Below, in pieces: positions 19,051 through 27,597 of a DNA stretch of 40,000 nucleotides. Below the pieces are notes generated by a model that saw only the letters and a program-made list of their open reading frames with translations, was not told the origin of the DNA and made no database searches. A program made the translations under genes and the position numbers. This DNA comes from Serratia phage vB_SmaM_Yaphecito, in sequence record MW021758.1; one strand, 5' to 3'. Each line of letters begins with the position of its first letter. Positions within the stretch are counted from its first letter, which is position 1.

Positions 19051-19887
19051 TTACCACGGAATGTCGTTATCGAAGCCGCCATCGGCTGGAGGAGCAGATT
19101 GTTGCTGTTGCTGACCGCCGCCCCAGCTATTGCCGCCGCCGTTACCACCACCATTTCCGCCCCATGAATTTCCGCCGCCACCCTGGCGACCTTGGTTCTG
19201 GCTGAAGCGTGCTTGGTTGGCGCGTTTCTTCGCTTCCTTTGCTTGCTCCAGTTCAGGAGCGTCCAGGTATGCGCTTTGCATCAGATAGTTGATGTGGCTT
19301 TCCCACATGTTCGCACGAGCGATTGCGAAGATTTTGCTGGTGACCGAGTTATCGAACACTTCACCTGCACGGTTGCGCAGAACGGTCATGCGCGGACCGG
19401 TGAAGTAGAACTTCACGTTATCGCGGCCTTTCTGAGTGATCCCGATGAATACACCTTCCTGGTCTTTCCCGACCACGATCATGAATTCGGTTTCTGGACG
19501 ATCCAGTTTCTTACCGAACATGAACGTAGTCATGACTTCCATTTTGACCATACCGTCAGGGATCTGGTCGTTAGCTACCATGCGGATAGCTTCGCACAGC
19601 GCGTTGAACTGAACCAGGTTAGGGAAGAAGTCGATCTTACCGTCTTTACCGCCTTTGCGCAGGTTTACACCCATCTGGATATCGCGAACTTTATCCTGAT
19701 GATTGTAGCGGAAATCAATAAACAGGAATGGTTCTTTACCATCGCTGTTTTGAGTAGCCGGAGCAAACAGGCGACATGCCCAATCATCGAGTGCACGTTC
19801 GCGACGACCCAGGCTATAAGACTTTTGTTCTGCCATTTGGTAAACCCTTAATATTCGGTTTGAAGATAAATTTGTAAGTTGGCTCAT
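19051..19887 (-). CDS. SSB-like single-stranded DNA-binding protein; start probably at MAEQKSYSLGRRERALDDW (about 19833-19836)
   Basis: Folded N-terminal domain, Gly/Asn/Gln-rich linker (QGGGGNSWGGNGGGNGGGNSWGGGQQQQQ), acidic tip DGGFDNDIPW, comparable to bacterial SSB ...DDDIPF. Confidence 0.65.
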   Translation of the reverse strand: MSQLTNLSSNRILRVYQMAEQKSYSLGRRERALDDWACRLFAPATQNSDGKEPFLFIDFRYNHQDKVRDIQMGVNLRKGGKDGKIDFFPNLVQFNALCEAIRMVANDQIPDGMVKMEVMTTFMFGKKLDRPETEFMIVVGKDQEGVFIGITQKGRDNVKFYFTGPRMTVLRNRAGEVFDNSVTSKIFAIARANMWESHINYLMQSAYLDAPELEQAKEAKKRANQARFSQNQGRQGGGGNSWGGNGGGNGGGNSWGGGQQQQQSAPPADGGFDNDIPW

Positions 19888-19913
19888 ATCACTAGAGCCG
19901 GCGTAAAATACTA

Positions 19914-20738
19914 CTAGAGGGCCTCTCTGAGTAGCTCCACGATCGATTTGTCAGGTATCCATTGGATGTTCTGACGGATCTTTTCAGTGGTAGTCATCGG
20001 TGTCCATTTGTACTTAATTGCACAATCGATAACCGCTCGGCGAATTGCAATTGGCATACGCAAGAACTGCGTCGGGCCATCGCCAAACACCTGAATAGTG
20101 AAATCGTTGAAAGGCATGTTCTTGAGGTTCTTACCTTCCGTCAACTTCGTGTTCCATTGCGACTTAGACTTAATCGCAGCCGTGTACGACTCCAGCAAAC
20201 GTAGCTGAGTGAACTTGGTACGAGAAAGTAAGTCAACCGGGTAGTGAGTAATGATCAACGCTTTGGTAGGCTCACCGCGCAATATCGATCCCTTATCCCA
20301 TTCAATACTTTGGTCGACATCACGAGCAATGACAATGTCCAGTGTCTTGTTCATGAACGCATCGTATTGTTTTTGCAACGGGGTATTAGGAACCTTAATA
20401 TACGCTTTCGGGAACCGACGAAGTAGATCTGCGTACTCACGGTGGTACAACTGAACGTGATCAATCTTACCGCTAGCAAAACGACGAATATACTGAACTT
20501 CTTCGATCAATGTATCCGCAATTGCTTTTGGCGTTAATAAAGGTCGGCGGATATTCTCCACCGATTCGTAGATGTTACGGTACAGCGTGCGAATGTTAAT
20601 CCACAAAGCACCATAGCGCTGATTACCAGAATCACCAGCGCTAATGTTTTTCTCTAGCCCCTCAAGAGCTAGAGCCGTGCCTATAGAAATCGGAAGTTCG
20701 CCGACAGCCCGCTGAGAAAGGACGTCGTATGCGTTCAT
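19914..20738 (-). CDS. Hypothetical protein, 274 aa
   Basis: Long ORF in the dominant direction. Confidence 0.7.
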   Translation of the reverse strand: MNAYDVLSQRAVGELPISIGTALALEGLEKNISAGDSGNQRYGALWINIRTLYRNIYESVENIRRPLLTPKAIADTLIEEVQYIRRFASGKIDHVQLYHREYADLLRRFPKAYIKVPNTPLQKQYDAFMNKTLDIVIARDVDQSIEWDKGSILRGEPTKALIITHYPVDLLSRTKFTQLRLLESYTAAIKSKSQWNTKLTEGKNLKNMPFNDFTIQVFGDGPTQFLRMPIAIRRAVIDCAIKYKWTPMTTTEKIRQNIQWIPDKSIVELLREAL

Positions 20739-20741
20739 AAC

Positions 20742-21146
20742 TTACCCTTTTCGTTTATCGAACCATAAGCGAATCAACGGTACGGCAGATGCCGCTAACA
20801 GACAGACGATAGATGCGTTAGCTGTATCAACTCGTACTCTGTAGTCGATAAGGTGGAGTCCCCAGTTGATCAGAACAAAACCAATACTGACAGCCAGGTA
20901 AGACATTACCCCAGCTAACCAGCCAGGGATACCGTCGTTTTCAGTAGTGTTAGTCATCACCCACGAACACCAGTGAACGATTAACCCAACACCTGCCCCG
21001 AAGATCAAAATACTGGAGCCGCCGTAAAACGACCAGAACGTTACCTTAGCGATAAGTCCTAATACAGGCGACAAAGCCAAAAGTAGGATATAAGGTACCG
21101 TATTGTCTACGGTGACCTCCATTGAGTTTCTAACAATTGCCTTCAC
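20742..21146 (-). CDS. Small multi-pass membrane protein, 134 aa
   Basis: Hydrophobic segments IPYILLLALSPVLGLIAKV, SSILIFGAGVGLIVHW, WLAGVMSYLAVSIGFVLINW, IVCLLAASAVPLI. Confidence 0.65.
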   Translation of the reverse strand: MKAIVRNSMEVTVDNTVPYILLLALSPVLGLIAKVTFWSFYGGSSILIFGAGVGLIVHWCSWVMTNTTENDGIPGWLAGVMSYLAVSIGFVLINWGLHLIDYRVRVDTANASIVCLLAASAVPLIRLWFDKRKG

Positions 21147-22300
21147 AAAAGTCCCCTTACCAAATCAAGATGTTCTTCGATGGTTGCTGAATCAGTACCA
21201 CGATCAGACCAGCGCTTCTCTAAAAGAGAAGATACGTTTGCACGAGTAATCGGCGTAGCTACGTATTTCTGCTGGACAAACGCAGTGCCACGATGCATTG
21301 TTTTTAACTTCTTACCGTTGACTTTCTCAGTAAACTCAATATCTCCGTATATTGCTTTTACCGCTTCCATTATAGCCATCTTAGGATCTTCAGGATCGAA
21401 CAGAAGACGAATCGCAGAACCGGGTTCCCACGGCCCCTCCGAATCAATAATCTGTAAGACGTCATTGATCTCCATACCCTGAACATCAAGAGTACGGTAA
21501 ATCCTAGCATCATGGTTGAATTTACGCACATAGTCCGTCTCACGCCCATTTGCATAGGTCATGTAGACTACGCCCTTGTTTTCTTCTTCGCCGTGCCCAA
21601 GGCGCTCCAGAGAGCCTACAGACATGACGTTAAGATAACGAGAGTGAGTGTGAATGTGCCCACTAAATACCGCATACTCAACTAACTCACTCCATGCTAC
21701 TGCGTCGTGCAACGCTGGAGATGGGATGCCGGGTAATTGGTAAGTGAATCCGCCATGCATAAAGACAAAGTCAACTTTTGCCAAGCCACGAGAGTGAATC
21801 AAGTCTTTGGCCTGTTGCAGAGTAACCTCAGCATTAGGCGACCATTCATCAGGTAAGAACAGAATGTTAATCCCGTGCTTTTCCAGATACTCAATACACA
21901 GCGTGTCTCGGTAGATAACGTTACAACCTAATTCCAGTATCTTGTTCAATTTGTCGAACATGATGTTTTGGTTTCGGTCATGTGATTTGGTACCTTCCAG
22001 GACGATAAGGTCAATGTCCCGTTTGGCACAGAGTCGCATCAAGTAAATCGCCGCTTCCTGGGCGAAATATACATCGGGATCATCTAACGATACTAAGTGA
22101 TCTGTCCAGTCACCGGTAATCGCAATGATGTCTAATTCTCCCGTCTCGTCATTATCCGGAAATAGACGACGGATGGCCGCCAGCATACGTGGCGACCGAG
22201 TCCGTTTATGGAAAAAGTGAACATCACTGACGAGCCCAATACGCAGGCCTTTTTCGTCAGAAATCATACTCATCTTCTTCGTAGACATCATCACTACCAT
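21143..22300 (-). CDS. SbcD-like calcineurin-type metallophosphoesterase/nuclease subunit
   Basis: LVSDVHF, DIIAITGDWTD, FMHGGFTY, FSGHIHTHSR, VMSVGSLERLGHGE: ordered metallophosphoesterase motifs. Confidence 0.85.
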   Translation of the reverse strand: MVVMMSTKKMSMISDEKGLRIGLVSDVHFFHKRTRSPRMLAAIRRLFPDNDETGELDIIAITGDWTDHLVSLDDPDVYFAQEAAIYLMRLCAKRDIDLIVLEGTKSHDRNQNIMFDKLNKILELGCNVIYRDTLCIEYLEKHGINILFLPDEWSPNAEVTLQQAKDLIHSRGLAKVDFVFMHGGFTYQLPGIPSPALHDAVAWSELVEYAVFSGHIHTHSRYLNVMSVGSLERLGHGEEENKGVVYMTYANGRETDYVRKFNHDARIYRTLDVQGMEINDVLQIIDSEGPWEPGSAIRLLFDPEDPKMAIMEAVKAIYGDIEFTEKVNGKKLKTMHRGTAFVQQKYVATPITRANVSSLLEKRWSDRGTDSATIEEHLDLVRGLL

Positions 22301-22820
22301 TAGCCGCTTCTACATTAGTAGCAGCAACCGCCTTTCCAGATTCATCTTTCAGGTGACCGAAGTCACGGAGAATAACAAACCAGTTCAGCTGATAGAACTT
22401 ATTGATATCTGCGGCAGTGCCATCTGAATTGGCGATACCCTCGAACATTTTGTCCTGGGCAATGTCGCCGTTGGCGAGCAGACGGTTACGCATAGTTGCT
22501 ACCATCTGGTTCTGAGTATTTACTGACATCGGGTTGGCAGTGTAACCCGAGTTAATGGTACCGATGACAGGAGGAACTAACCACTTACGTTCGCCATCCT
22601 CGGTAACATAGACCGGCAAGGAGAAGCTTTTAGCAACGTCAGCTTCCCAAGCACGCCAGGCGTTTTCACGAATAACTTTATCTTCGCTGGTCAAGGCAGG
22701 GAGCCAGGTACGAGCAAAGGTTTCTTTATCGATGGATCCGATGGAGGCTTCGCTCCAGTCTAAGATCGCATCCAGGAAGCTAGTATCTTCCTGAGGAATT
22801 GGAGGGGTGAGATCGGTCAT
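22257..22820 (-). CDS. Hypothetical protein with acidic C-terminal tail, 187 aa
   Basis: ORF; overlaps the phosphoesterase start. Confidence 0.6.
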   Translation of the reverse strand: MTDLTPPIPQEDTSFLDAILDWSEASIGSIDKETFARTWLPALTSEDKVIRENAWRAWEADVAKSFSLPVYVTEDGERKWLVPPVIGTINSGYTANPMSVNTQNQMVATMRNRLLANGDIAQDKMFEGIANSDGTAADINKFYQLNWFVILRDFGHLKDESGKAVAATNVEAANGSDDVYEEDEYDF

Positions 22821-23212
22821 TTGTCAAGTATCCTTGTAATCTCTTTAACGACGCCATCGTAGTGCTCGATGACACGCGCGAAGTCGTACCGTATACCATC
22901 TCGCAGATATCTAATTTTTAACACTACGTTGAAAGTGTCTTTACCTTCAGGCTCCTCAGAAGTAGCCTGAACCCGTACGTCCACAAAGTGACGACCAAAC
23001 AACTCGGTGTATTGATCTTCCAACTCCTTACAAAGCTCAGTGGGTCGATCGCTGAATTGTCGAATCATGTCGTCCAAGGAGACAATCTTCCCGAAGTAGA
23101 TCTCGGTCTGAGAGCGCCTGCTATAGATGCTCTCGCCGAATAACTCATCGGCAATGATAGTTGGGTCTTTGGTGTAACCGTACCCGTTTAAAGAGGCATG
23201 TACAGTTGCCAT
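22817..23212 (-). CDS. Hypothetical protein, 131 aa
   Basis: ORF with a 4-nt overlap with the next gene. Confidence 0.65.
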   Translation of the reverse strand: MATVHASLNGYGYTKDPTIIADELFGESIYSRRSQTEIYFGKIVSLDDMIRQFSDRPTELCKELEDQYTELFGRHFVDVRVQATSEEPEGKDTFNVVLKIRYLRDGIRYDFARVIEHYDGVVKEITRILDK

Positions 23213-23260
23213 CTAGAACTCCTAATGAATGATTACTTGTCCATAGAATTCGAACAAAAA

Positions 23261-23288
23261 AAGAAGAGGGGCAAACGCCCCTCTTCTT
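23261..23288. terminator. 12-bp perfect hairpin AAGAAGAGGGGC-AAAC-GCCCCTCTTCTT
   Basis: Inverted repeat in the gap downstream of gene 23295-23915. Confidence 0.65.
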
Positions 23289-23294
23289 CGTCTA

Positions 23295-23915
23295 TTAAAG
23301 ACGCTCTTTCATTACTGAAGTCGGATCGATTCCGTCTGCGATGCAGTCGTCAATAATATCCCAGGTAGCCAGGATATCCATCTGCTCTTCCAGAGAGATA
23401 GTACCCGCACCAGGAACAGAACAACCGCCAAACGTATATTCGCTCCACCATTCACCTTTCTCGTTCTTCGTTGCCAGACCATTGGTCGCTGCACGATAGA
23501 AGAGATCTTCATAGCCTTTACCTTCCAGATCCCACTGACCGGGTTTACTACCCCAAGCATCAATGGACTGGGTATCATAACGACTACGGATGAATGGGTG
23601 CGCCAGAATCCAACGACGCATGGTCATCGGTGCTGTGGCAATTTCCGTCTGATCATCCAAGAACTGGATAACGTCATCACGGAACAGCCCGCGTTTAACC
23701 CGGCCCAGAATACGTAGCGAGTTACGCACCGTATCGTCATACATGGATTCAATCAACCCACGAGTACGCTCCAGACCTTCCCTTGCCCGAGAAGACAACC
23801 CACGACTGAATTCTTCCAGACGAGAATATGTCCGCTCTACGGAGTCACGATCAGGCATCCCGAACGCAGCCGCTCGGAACGATCGCTCATCTCCGCTAAC
23901 TATAGAAATTTTCAA
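23295..23915 (-). CDS. Hypothetical protein, 206 aa, apparent TTG start
   Basis: TTG at 23915-23913 immediately after the TAA of the spliced beta' gene, with AGGAGG SD inside the upstream gene's last codons. Confidence 0.65.
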   Translation of the reverse strand: MKISIVSGDERSFRAAAFGMPDRDSVERTYSRLEEFSRGLSSRAREGLERTRGLIESMYDDTVRNSLRILGRVKRGLFRDDVIQFLDDQTEIATAPMTMRRWILAHPFIRSRYDTQSIDAWGSKPGQWDLEGKGYEDLFYRAATNGLATKNEKGEWWSEYTFGGCSVPGAGTISLEEQMDILATWDIIDDCIADGIDPTSVMKERL

Positions 23916-24089
23916 TTACTTCCTCCTGTGAAGGTAGTTGTTTATCGTAGCCCTTACCGGAGCACCCAACGCCATATTGTTGTTCAAGGCGTGTGGTTTG
24001 TTCAGGTCGAATGTACCCGTGTGAGGTGCTAATTTGCGCACACGATGATAATCCGCCTTACTCAGGATAGGCATCCCGCCCAACATGTC
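23916..24089 (-). CDS. Exon 2 of the beta' N-terminal-like RNAP subunit (DMLGGMPILSKADYHRVRKLAPHTGTFDLNKPHALNNNMALGAPVRATINNYLHRRK*)
   Basis: 58 in-frame codons directly after the intron; begins with the Asp that completes NxDFDGD. Confidence 0.85.
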   Translation of the reverse strand, partial: DMLGGMPILSKADYHRVRKLAPHTGTFDLNKPHALNNNMALGAPVRATINNYLHRRK

Positions 24090-24385
24090 CCTCGGCTAAA
24101 TGCACCGAGTACTTAACAGACTATATCTTCACTTGATTCTTTCAAGTGCTCCCCGTTTCGGGTTTTCCCTACTCTACTCACTACGTTTACCACATCCGTG
24201 TTACGTGCTTTCGATAGTCGTTGAACCTTCTCCATTTTACAGGAGCTTGGATGCTGATTGTCTCTATTAGATTGTTTTCAAGCATTCACGCTTACCGTTT
24301 CCGGTTACGTTGTAGCCAATCTACCTAGCAAGAGTTCCCAGCAGTTAAAGGAGTTTTAAGACGGCAACTTAGTTGGGTTACTTCT
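24090..24385 (-). ncRNA. Group I self-splicing intron, 296 nt, no internal ORF
   Basis: Intron numbering 1=24385. P1: exon GACGGU / intron 21-26 GCCGUC with terminal U.G; P4 43-48 UGCUGG / 129-134 UCAGCA; P6 141-144 CUCC / 153-156 GGAG; P7 167-172 GACUAU / 262-267 AUAGUC; hairpin 238-243 CACUUG / 251-256 CAAGUG before the S element GAAGAUAUAGUC; P9 278-282 CUCGG / 291-295 CCGAG; final G296. Confidence 0.93.
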
Positions 24386-25663
24386 ACCGTCGAAGTCACA
24401 GTTCGGTGCCTTCAGCACTAGCAGCGATAGGCCGATAGTATTGTCGTGCACGTCCCTTTTGATTTTGGTGACAAACAGGTTCTGAATCGAACGTAAGTTC
24501 AACGTTGGATTTCGACCCAGCAACTGAGGCAGACCACGTTTACCGCTAATTGTCGTAAACGGAGATTCGTCAATCAGCTCATCCAGCAGTGTGGAGATCA
24601 GCGGATTATAACGCCCTACCGAAGAGATCAGTAGATCCTCAGAGTCTTGGATGGTGAATCCGCGACGAACTAACTTTCCGATCAAGTGGGTGTGATAAAC
24701 ACCTAACGCAATCCCCCACGGCATATGCATTTCTTCATAGTCGTGAGATCCCGCGATAGACGTTACTACGCCACGATAAGTTGGCCCGGTACGAGATCCA
24801 TAGATCTGTTTACGGAACCAGCCTTCTTTCTTACCCAGGATGTTCTTGTCGATATATTCCCGATACTTCACCAACATCATCAGTGCTCGGAATACGTGAT
24901 ATTCCTTAGTCACTTGATAACGCGGTTCATCTTTACCGACCAAGCTATAAATAGCTCGTGCAGCATCGACAACATCTGCATAGCCTTCAGCACAGAAGCG
25001 AGTTTTGTTACTAAGCTCCGTGATGATAGACCGGCGAGATGGCAGCGGGAGGACGGTTGGGAACAGGAGATCCCTGAACTTATCGAAATACACCAACGCA
25101 TCGTTACGGTTAGCGGATGGCTTGAATATCTTACTATCTACCATCGCTCCCAGGATGTCATCGAAGTTCTCGATAAAGTGATTATAGCCACGAGGGATGT
25201 TCAGTTCTTTGAACCGACGGAACGTGGCACTGGTATCGTTGGTTGGCTTATATTTGGTGTTACAGAGCCATTCAATTGCCGAGAAGTTCTCCTGGGTGAA
25301 GTTCTTCAGCAACATGACCAACGCATTGATACGGATGAACGCACGAACACCGTTAGGTGCTCTCAGCCACACAGAAGATTTAAACCCTCGATCGATTGGG
25401 CTCATCACTTCAGTCTGACATTTCGGACATACCGTGTTAGGGATACTTGGGTCGTTCGATGAATTATACCGACCATGGGTGTGGCCACACTCACACGCCG
25501 GTAATGTCTCAATGAAGTCGTCGCTATATTCGGTCATGGTCAGTTCTTTGACTGGATCAGTACCTTCATAATGCGCCGGGTCGATATCATTGAGGATAAT
25601 TGGAGGACGAGGCAGAGCTGCGATATCCCTGTCATAGTCCGGATTTAACAGATAAACACCCAA
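24386..25663 (-). CDS. Exon 1 of the beta' N-terminal-like RNAP subunit (phiKZ gp55-like)
   Basis: Zn-binding-like CECGHTH...CPKC; FRKQIYGSRTGPTYRGVVTSIAGSHDYEEMHMPWGIALGVYHTHLIGKLVRRG parallels RpoC [22 protein letters not shown]...LPKKMALELFKPFIYGKL; GRNPTLNLRSIQ...LKAPNCDFDG parallels RAPTLHRLGIQ...YNADFDGD. Confidence 0.9.
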
Positions 25664-25764
25664 TTACTTTCCCCTCTTTTCTGAAAAGATAGAAAAAAAG
25701 AAAGGAGGCAAACGCCCCCTTTCTCACCCTTACGGGAGTACTTCAATTACTTCCGAACTATTAC

Positions 25765-27597
25765 TTAGAAGTAATCGTTGCGACCAGTACCACGCATACG
25801 GAACGCTTTGCCGGCGTAACCGGAAGTAGCGTACTGAGATTGGAAACCACGACGGAAACGAGTATCCTGATAGATACCGTCAGCCTGAGTAACCATACCA
25901 GCGCGCTCGGCGGCGTTGGTCAGAGTGAACAGCCACTGGGTGTTAACCAGTACTGGAACACCGTGACCGGTGATGCGATAGGAACCGCCGGTGAATTGGT
26001 CGATGATCTCTTCCATTTTCGCCAGACGGATTTCGATCGGCAGGCTTACATCGTTCTGGCAACGATCCCAGTCTTCTACGATGCGACGATCTTTCTGGCC
26101 GAAGGCAGTCAGGATCGCGTAGTAGTCGATTTCGGTCAGAGAACGGATTTGGCCACGGTCGTCAGTCCATTCGCCCAGCAGGACGATACGGTCTTGACGT
26201 TCGCCGATATCCAGCGGGTTGATACGCGCTGCGCCCAGGCTTTCCATGAAGGCGCCTTTGGTCAGGTTATCAGCCGCTTGTACCAGCATGTCTGCGAACA
26301 GGTCGCGGTTCGGGTTCATGCGGTCGGTCGCTTGCAGCAGCAGTTTCTGCTGTTGGGTGGTGATGCCGGTTTCGTCGATCAGTACGGTTACGAAGTTCTG
26401 ATCCGGTTGGATCACTACGTCGGTCAGGTCAGCCCACTCTGCATCGTCCAGAACGTCCGGCACTGCTTCGAACTCTTCGTCCAGCTCGTAGGTCAGAGCA
26501 ACCGGAGTACGCAGTTTCGCGTTGTCGCCGGCTGGCTTCAGACCAGTGGTCAGAACGTTTTCGTTGATCAGTACAGGGATCTGGGCCAGTGCCAGGCACA
26601 GGTGCTCAGGAGAAGCTTCGTGCTTCATGTGGGTGATGACCAGGTTTTTACCGTAGATCTGACGCGCTGCGTCTTCTTCACGCTGAGAACGGTAGCGAGA
26701 ACGACGTTGCTGACCATCCGGACGACCCAGGAACAGCAGATCAACGTAACCTTCGATGGTTGCGATGTCCATTGCGCCTTCAGCGTTTTCCAGTGCGTTA
26801 GACACACGGTTACGCTGACCTTTGGTTGCCAGAGATACTTCGACGGCCAGATCGCGACGACGAGGACGCTCGGTGATTTCGTCATGGGCATCGCCCTGAT
26901 TGTAGATCACGCGAGAAACGAACTCGCTGCGCTGAGAGTCGATCGCATCGGTCAGAGAGAAGTGTTCGGTACGCAGCATGTTGCCCAGGTAACCGAAGAC
27001 GGAGTTCACCGCGGAGATGATCAGGTCTTCACACTTCGCTTCGCTCAGTTGCGCGTTGGTTACTGCCACGGCGCCCATCAGAACGATGTTTTCAGCTTCG
27101 CCCATGTAAGGCGCTTTGCGATTGATGATTTCGGTCAGCTTTTTCTGATACGCTTCAGTGAACTGATCGTTCGCGACGGCAGAGTACTGACGCTCGTTAC
27201 GGTTGCTGATCTCTACGACTTGCTTCGGCAGAGGCTGGCCGCCGGTGAACAGCAGAGTCAGTGCAGTGGTGATCACGCCTTCGGAGGTAGTGGCTTTACC
27301 GACAACGACAGCTGCATCCAGCTTCATTTTGGTTTCGCCAGAAGATGCTGGGATTACGGCCCAGGTCAGTTGACCGCCGGCAGACAGAGCAGCTTTGTTT
27401 GCGTCGTGATAAGCGTTGAAGCGCTCGATGAAAGTGGTCAGTTCGTTACCGGAAACGCCGGCTTGTACCAGTTGGCCGCTTTCGAAGATGTTGGTGTTCA
27501 GACGACGGCCTGCTTGTTCGCGAGGTTGTTGACCCTGTGCAGCTGCAGCGCGTTGGGTGTTTTTAGCTTCGTTAACGTTTTGGTCAGACAGACTCAT
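25765..27597 (-). CDS. chmA: Chimallin-like phage nuclear shell protein (phiKZ gp54 / PhuN-like)
   Basis: About 610 aa from MSLSDQNVNEAKN with an AAGGAG SD; immediately upstream of the gp55-like gene as in phiKZ; sequence features (e.g. LTEIDYYAILTAFGQKDRRIVEDW...GVPVLVNTQWLFTLTNAAERAGMV...RFRRGF) recognised as chimallin-like. Confidence 0.8.
   Translation of the reverse strand: MSLSDQNVNEAKNTQRAAAAQGQQPREQAGRRLNTNIFESGQLVQAGVSGNELTTFIERFNAYHDANKAALSAGGQLTWAVIPASSGETKMKLDAAVVVGKATTSEGVITTALTLLFTGGQPLPKQVVEISNRNERQYSAVANDQFTEAYQKKLTEIINRKAPYMGEAENIVLMGAVAVTNAQLSEAKCEDLIISAVNSVFGYLGNMLRTEHFSLTDAIDSQRSEFVSRVIYNQGDAHDEITERPRRRDLAVEVSLATKGQRNRVSNALENAEGAMDIATIEGYVDLLFLGRPDGQQRRSRYRSQREEDAARQIYGKNLVITHMKHEASPEHLCLALAQIPVLINENVLTTGLKPAGDNAKLRTPVALTYELDEEFEAVPDVLDDAEWADLTDVVIQPDQNFVTVLIDETGITTQQQKLLLQATDRMNPNRDLFADMLVQAADNLTKGAFMESLGAARINPLDIGERQDRIVLLGEWTDDRGQIRSLTEIDYYAILTAFGQKDRRIVEDWDRCQNDVSLPIEIRLAKMEEIIDQFTGGSYRITGHGVPVLVNTQWLFTLTNAAERAGMVTQADGIYQDTRFRRGFQSQYATSGYAGKAFRMRGTGRNDYF

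Noticed and set aside
19140-19245. Gly/Asn/Gln codon repeats that look like a tandem DNA repeat
   Set aside because: Fully explained as the coding sequence of the SSB-like flexible linker.
24356-24385. Alternative reading: beta' gene is naturally split or frameshifted at DFDG rather than intron-interrupted
   Set aside because: All major group I pairings and splice-site features are present, and joining the exons restores the exact catalytic motif with an in-frame downstream exon.
24356-24385. Possible intein at the DFDGD motif
   Set aside because: The frame closes after 9 residues and there is no Hint/intein motif; the inserted sequence is non-coding and structured.
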